DNA of 35,714 nt, taken from Octopus bimaculoides (lineage: Eukaryota). The notes under the pieces were generated by a model. It worked only from the letters and a program-made list of their open reading frames with translations. It searched no databases and was not told the DNA's origin. Shown in pieces: positions 31,630 to 35,714 of the stretch. The stretch lies in NCBI RefSeq assembly GCF_001194135.2, contig NC_068993.1, positions 28,605,969-28,641,682 of the forward strand, in the 5' to 3' direction. How positions within the stretch are numbered: the first letter of the stretch is position 1; every line of letters begins with the position of its first letter. Both the position numbers and the translations under genes were made by a program.

Positions 31630-32790
31630 GTGAGTACTGAGTTGAATTGGTGCAAAGGAATGAAGGGAGAAGATCGATTTCTGTTCATGGCAGAGATGAG
31701 AGTCCAGTGGTCTCTGTGCAAAGACAGTCTGAACACAGTCAGATGTTGTAGTAAATGACCAGTTGAACAGAAGTGGCACAAGACCAGGGTGTCATTGCCA
31801 AATCTGATGTCTTAGAGGTGCTCAGTGAACTAGTTGTCCAAGCAGCATCCTGTTGGACCAATGTACAGGGAAAGACAGAGAGAGCAGGAGATACAGTGGC
31901 TGACATTGCTGGAGGTGCAGGTAAAGGAATTGATGGTGTGATAAGGATGGTGGTGGTTGTTGGTGAGGATAGTAGTGTTGAAGAGGTAGGGGCAGGTGCA
32001 ACAGCATGGGCAAGAGCAAGGGAAGGAACCAGGTTGGGTGTTGGGAGTAGGGAAGAAATTACGGAGTCGAGTGGTGTATACTAACGGAAATGTTGAGAAA
32101 TTCAATGAAGGAGTTGGAGACAGTACAGAAAGGACTGGACAAAGGAGAGACCATATAGCTCAGGAGTAGCACCAGTGGATAGTGAGAATATTTGGGCCTC
32201 AGCATAGCCAATGAACAGGTTTGCAGAGTTGGGGTGCATTCTTGTTCCCATGGCCACTCATGAAATTGTTGGTAAAACTTCCCTGCAAACAAGAGGCAGT
32301 TGAGGGAGAGGATGAGTTCAGCCAAACAGTAGAGGTGTTGGGCTGAGGGTCTGGACAAAAGTCTAGAAAGTGTTTTAGAGCAAAAAAACCTTCATTATGT
32401 GGAATCACCGTGTATAGAGATTTGATATTGAGAGTGAACAGGAGTCAAGAGGGGGTCAAGAGAGGAGAAAGAGTTAAGTAAACAGGGAGCATGGTTGGTG
32501 TCATGAATGTGTGAGAGGAGGGAAGTCACCAGCAGGCAAGGACATGATCAAGGTACTTGGAGATAAGTTTGGTGGGTCAGTTGTGGACAGAAATGATGTG
32601 GTGGCCAGGGTTGATGGGTTTGTGGACTTTGGGAAGGAAGTAAATAGTGGGGGTGTATAGGGTATGGACAATGAGGCTGGAGGTGGTGGGTGGAAGATGG
32701 AAGGAGGAAATGAGGTTGTGAATGGCAGAAGATACAATTTGTTGGTAGTTTGGCATGGAGTTGGAGGGCAGAGAGCAAGAGGTGTTTCTT
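31630..32790 (-). pseudogene. Penelope-like element RT + GIY-YIG (Neptune-like), internally deleted
   Basis: IPHNEGFFALKHFLD; VAMGTRMHPNSANLFIGY; FPCSCPCCCTCPYL (Cys linker); FTCTSSNVSHCISCSLCLSLYIGPTG; HFCSTGH..EQKSIFSLHSFAP. Confidence 0.9.
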
Positions 32791-32824
32791 TAATCTTTAC
32801 CCTCCATATTTTCCCTATTTGTTT

Positions 32825-32872
32825 CCGATGACTGAATATCCTATTTTTTGTGATATCCCAGAAACAGCTGTA
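32825..32872 (+). ncRNA. Degenerate hammerhead-like motif (GAAACAGCTGTA family)
   Basis: CCGATGA (U4 changed to C), stem II AATATC/GATAT, then GAAAC-AGCT-GTA as in 17337-17348. Confidence 0.45.
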
Positions 32873-32966
32873 AGATTTAAAATTTTTCCAATAATAATAA
32901 TGTATATGACTTGAGATGTTTGTCTTACCTTAGCATTTGTTGTCCTCTTTAACAATTACATATACA

Positions 32967-33195
32967 TACATATATATACATGCCCTTCCTAATGTCAACT
33001 ACTCCGAGAATGTAATGGGTGCATTTTCTGCGTCACCAGCACAGGGGCTAGTCAGGTGGCGCTGGTNNNNNNNNNNATATATATATATATATATATACAT
33101 ATATATACATGCCCTTCCTAATGTCAACTACTCCGAGAATGTAATGGGTGCATTTTCTGCGTCACCAGCACAGGGGCTAGTCAGGTGGCGCTGGT
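32967..33195. other. Identical 100-bp duplication flanking a 10-N gap (likely assembly overlap artefact)
   Basis: 32967-33066 equals 33096-33195; N at 33067-33076. Confidence 0.85.
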
Positions 33196-33960
33196 GTCAA
33201 CCATGCTCGGATGGTGCTTTTTACATGCCACCACCATGGGTGTGAGTCAGGTGGCACTGGCATTGGCCATGACTATGATTTCACTTCACTCAACAGGTCT
33301 TCTCAAGCATAACACATTGCCCAATGACTGAAGGCTACTTTTCAATGGGCCAGTTATGCGACACTGGCATCGGCCATAGCTACGATTTCACTTGACTTAC
33401 TGGATCTTCTCAATCACAGCATATCTCCAAAGGTCTCGGTCACTTGTCATTGCCTCTGTGAGGCCCAATATTCCAAGGTTGTGCTTCACCACCTCATCCC
33501 ATGTCTTCCTGGGTCTGCCTCTTCCACAGATTAATTCCACTGTTAGGGTGTGACACTTCTTCACATAGCTGTCCTCATCCATACACAGCACAAGACCATA
33601 TCAGTGCAGTCGTCTCTCTTGCAAACCACATCTGATGCTTCTTATGTCCAACTTTTCTCTCAGGCCACTTACACTCTGTCATGTATGTACACTGACATTA
33701 CACATCCAGTGGAGCACATGAGCTTCATTTCTTTTAAGTCTACGTATGTCCTCAGCAGTCACAGCCCATGTTTCACTGCCATGTAGCATGGCAGTTCACA
33801 TACATGCATCATACAGTCTACTTTTCACTCTAAGTGAGAGGCCCTTTGTTACCAGCAGAGGTAGGAGCTCTCTGAACTTTGCCCAGGCTATTCTTTTTAC
33901 TCATTTATACAGTTTGATATCAACAGTTATTATTTTAGCATCTCTCCTATTCTCTTAAAT
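33170..33960 (-). pseudogene. RTE-clade LINE 3' end with 3' UTR
   Basis: RIAWAKFRELLPLL..MLHGSETWAV..GRGRPRKTWDEVVK..DRDLWRYAV. The 3' UTR has an internal duplication (CTGGCAT.GGCCA..GATTTCACTT). Confidence 0.9.
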
Positions 33961-34039
33961 AAGTCCCTTATTTCTTCAAAAGCCTATCTCTTATAACCAG
34001 GGGCAAAATAGATATTATTCTTTTAGCTAGGAAAACTAT

Positions 34040-35260
34040 CATAGAATTTGAGGGTAGGTGTGACAAGGTGTGACTCCCCTACTAATTTTGATATTGCTAT
34101 GGGTTTGAGTGACTTGGCCCAAGTTACTGATTTGGTTGGTGCATATCTCTTAAAGTGTCTTAGCAGTGAAATCCTTGAACTGCAGGGTGGTCTTTATAGG
34201 GATGATGCTTTATTCATTATACCTAGTAGTAGTAAAACCATCATAGACAGAATGCAAGAAAAAAAAAAGAAAATTCTTCAAAAGCTTTAACCGAGGACTC
34301 ACTTTTGATTAAGGCACAAAGGTAGCTAACTTCTTAGCAACTACACCAGATATAAACTCTGGTTTGTGTGAACAAATCCTCAAATCATTCCCCTAATATA
34401 TTAGAATCAGTAATAAAAGGAATTTTGAGGTAAATTACGCAATTATCAACCAATAGGGATATATGTAACTCATACTCTCACCACTATAACTCTGCTCTAT
34501 CTAAAGCAGGATACAATCAGGAGATTGCCTTCCTTAATTCGGAATGTCAAATAACAACTAGGTATGGTAAAGAAAATAGGAGAGAAAAGATCTAGTCGAG
34601 CAGGTAGACCTATTAGAATTGCCTGTAACATATATAACAAAAATAAAATAGAATCTAACGACAGTAAAACGTCTAACATGTATGATAATAGTAAGAATGT
34701 GATCGAGATGAATGGAGCCTGTTCTAATTATACCATAAATACTGATAATGAAACCATAATTAATAATCAACCGGAGCATTCGGGAAGTAGTAGAAGGACT
34801 GATAGAATCCACTTTCATAAACATAAGAATTCTAGGAATAATAATGTAGTCTGGTATAACATTCCCTTCAATTGTGCAATCTCTACTAATATATATAATA
34901 TATTTATGACAGTTTTGGAACAAACTTCCCAGCTTCACATAAGTATAACAAACAAACTCTTCTCCCATAAGACAATCAGAATCTCATATTCCACCCCTCC
35001 TAATATAGGTACAGTTATAACCCAATTTAACAGAAGAAATATAAACTTAGATTGATAATAATTATAATAATGTTGATAGTGTTGTAACCCCCAATAATGA
35101 TGATAATAATAGTAGATATGTAAGAATCCAAAACAATAGAACTAATATAAATAATGATAAAGATAGCTATAATAACTTGAGTATTATTGACATGACACTT
35201 GATAATACTAAAGCGAATTCGAGTGACACCTCTAATGATAATGCTATAAATGATGGAAGT
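34040..35260 (+). pseudogene. Penelope-like element RT core to Asn-rich linker (Naiad-like)
   Basis: FDIAMGLSDLAQVTDLVGAYLL..GGLYRDDAL; SNHSPNIL; NVVWYNIPFN..KLFSHKTIRISYSTPPNIG. Confidence 0.85.
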
Positions 35261-35281
35261 AATAATAATAATAATAATAAT

Positions 35282-35714
35282 TCGGCAGCCACTGCAGCCA
35301 CAAAAGAAGCAGGATACTCACTCAAACCTATCCAAACAGGAGTTCTACCACCCAAACAGACCTTGTGGATAAATAATATCCAGAACAAAATTTAAAAAAA
35401 GAGAAAAGATTTATCGATTAGCAACGAAATTAGTAGATAATCAACACAACTAAGTAACAAGAAGAAAACAAAAATACTGTACAAATACAACAGTACAGAA
35501 AAAGACTTACCAGAGGCAAAAGAAAAGCTAAAGCAAGATATCCTTGCCAAAGCACAAAGGATCCGCCGGTATGAGAAACGCCAACGTTTCTTTGAACAAA
35601 ACAAACAGTTCAAATCCAACCCCAAAAAACTCTACCAAGAACTGGGTAAAAATAAAATAGACATTACTGCAGCACCAACAGCAGAAACTGGAAGAATTCT
35701 GGAAACAAATATGG
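35282..35714 (+). pseudogene. R4/Dong-clade fragment (pre-RT region), runs off the window
   Basis: AATAATKEAGY..LWINNIQNKI*KKRKDLS..KLKQDILAKAQRIRRYEKRQRFFEQNKQFKSNPKKLYQELG; starts right after (AAT)7. Confidence 0.8.

Noticed and set aside
32967-33195. 100-bp direct repeat as a real tandem duplication or mini-LTR
   Set aside because: Copies are identical and flank a 10-N gap next to (TA)n, the signature of an unmerged contig overlap.

Overview
Eukaryotic, AT-rich, repeat-dense window with four assembly gaps. The SINE and LINE families match what I remember from octopus (coleoid cephalopod) genomes; the taxon is an inference. I found no convincing host protein-coding exon, rRNA, tRNA gene or CRISPR array. 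The window is a nested set of decayed transposons: four Penelope-like element (PLE) remnants of two lineages; a Tx1/L1-clade LINE carrying a SINE (17-bp TSD) and apparently a full-length Mag-type Gypsy element (LTRs, PBS, PPT, 5-bp TSD); a small young LTR element with a tRNA-Trp PBS; three R4/Dong-type fragments; three RTE fragments; two tRNA-derived SINE families; and two Helitron/Helentron-like non-autonomous elements. The most interesting signals are non-coding: several type I hammerhead-ribozyme-like motifs (including an outward-facing inverted pair), a tandemly repeated PBS and a non-canonical TG...AA terminus in the small LTR element, R4/Dong ends at (AAT)n arrays, and two foldback hairpins. 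Family names come from motif recognition only; no database search was run.
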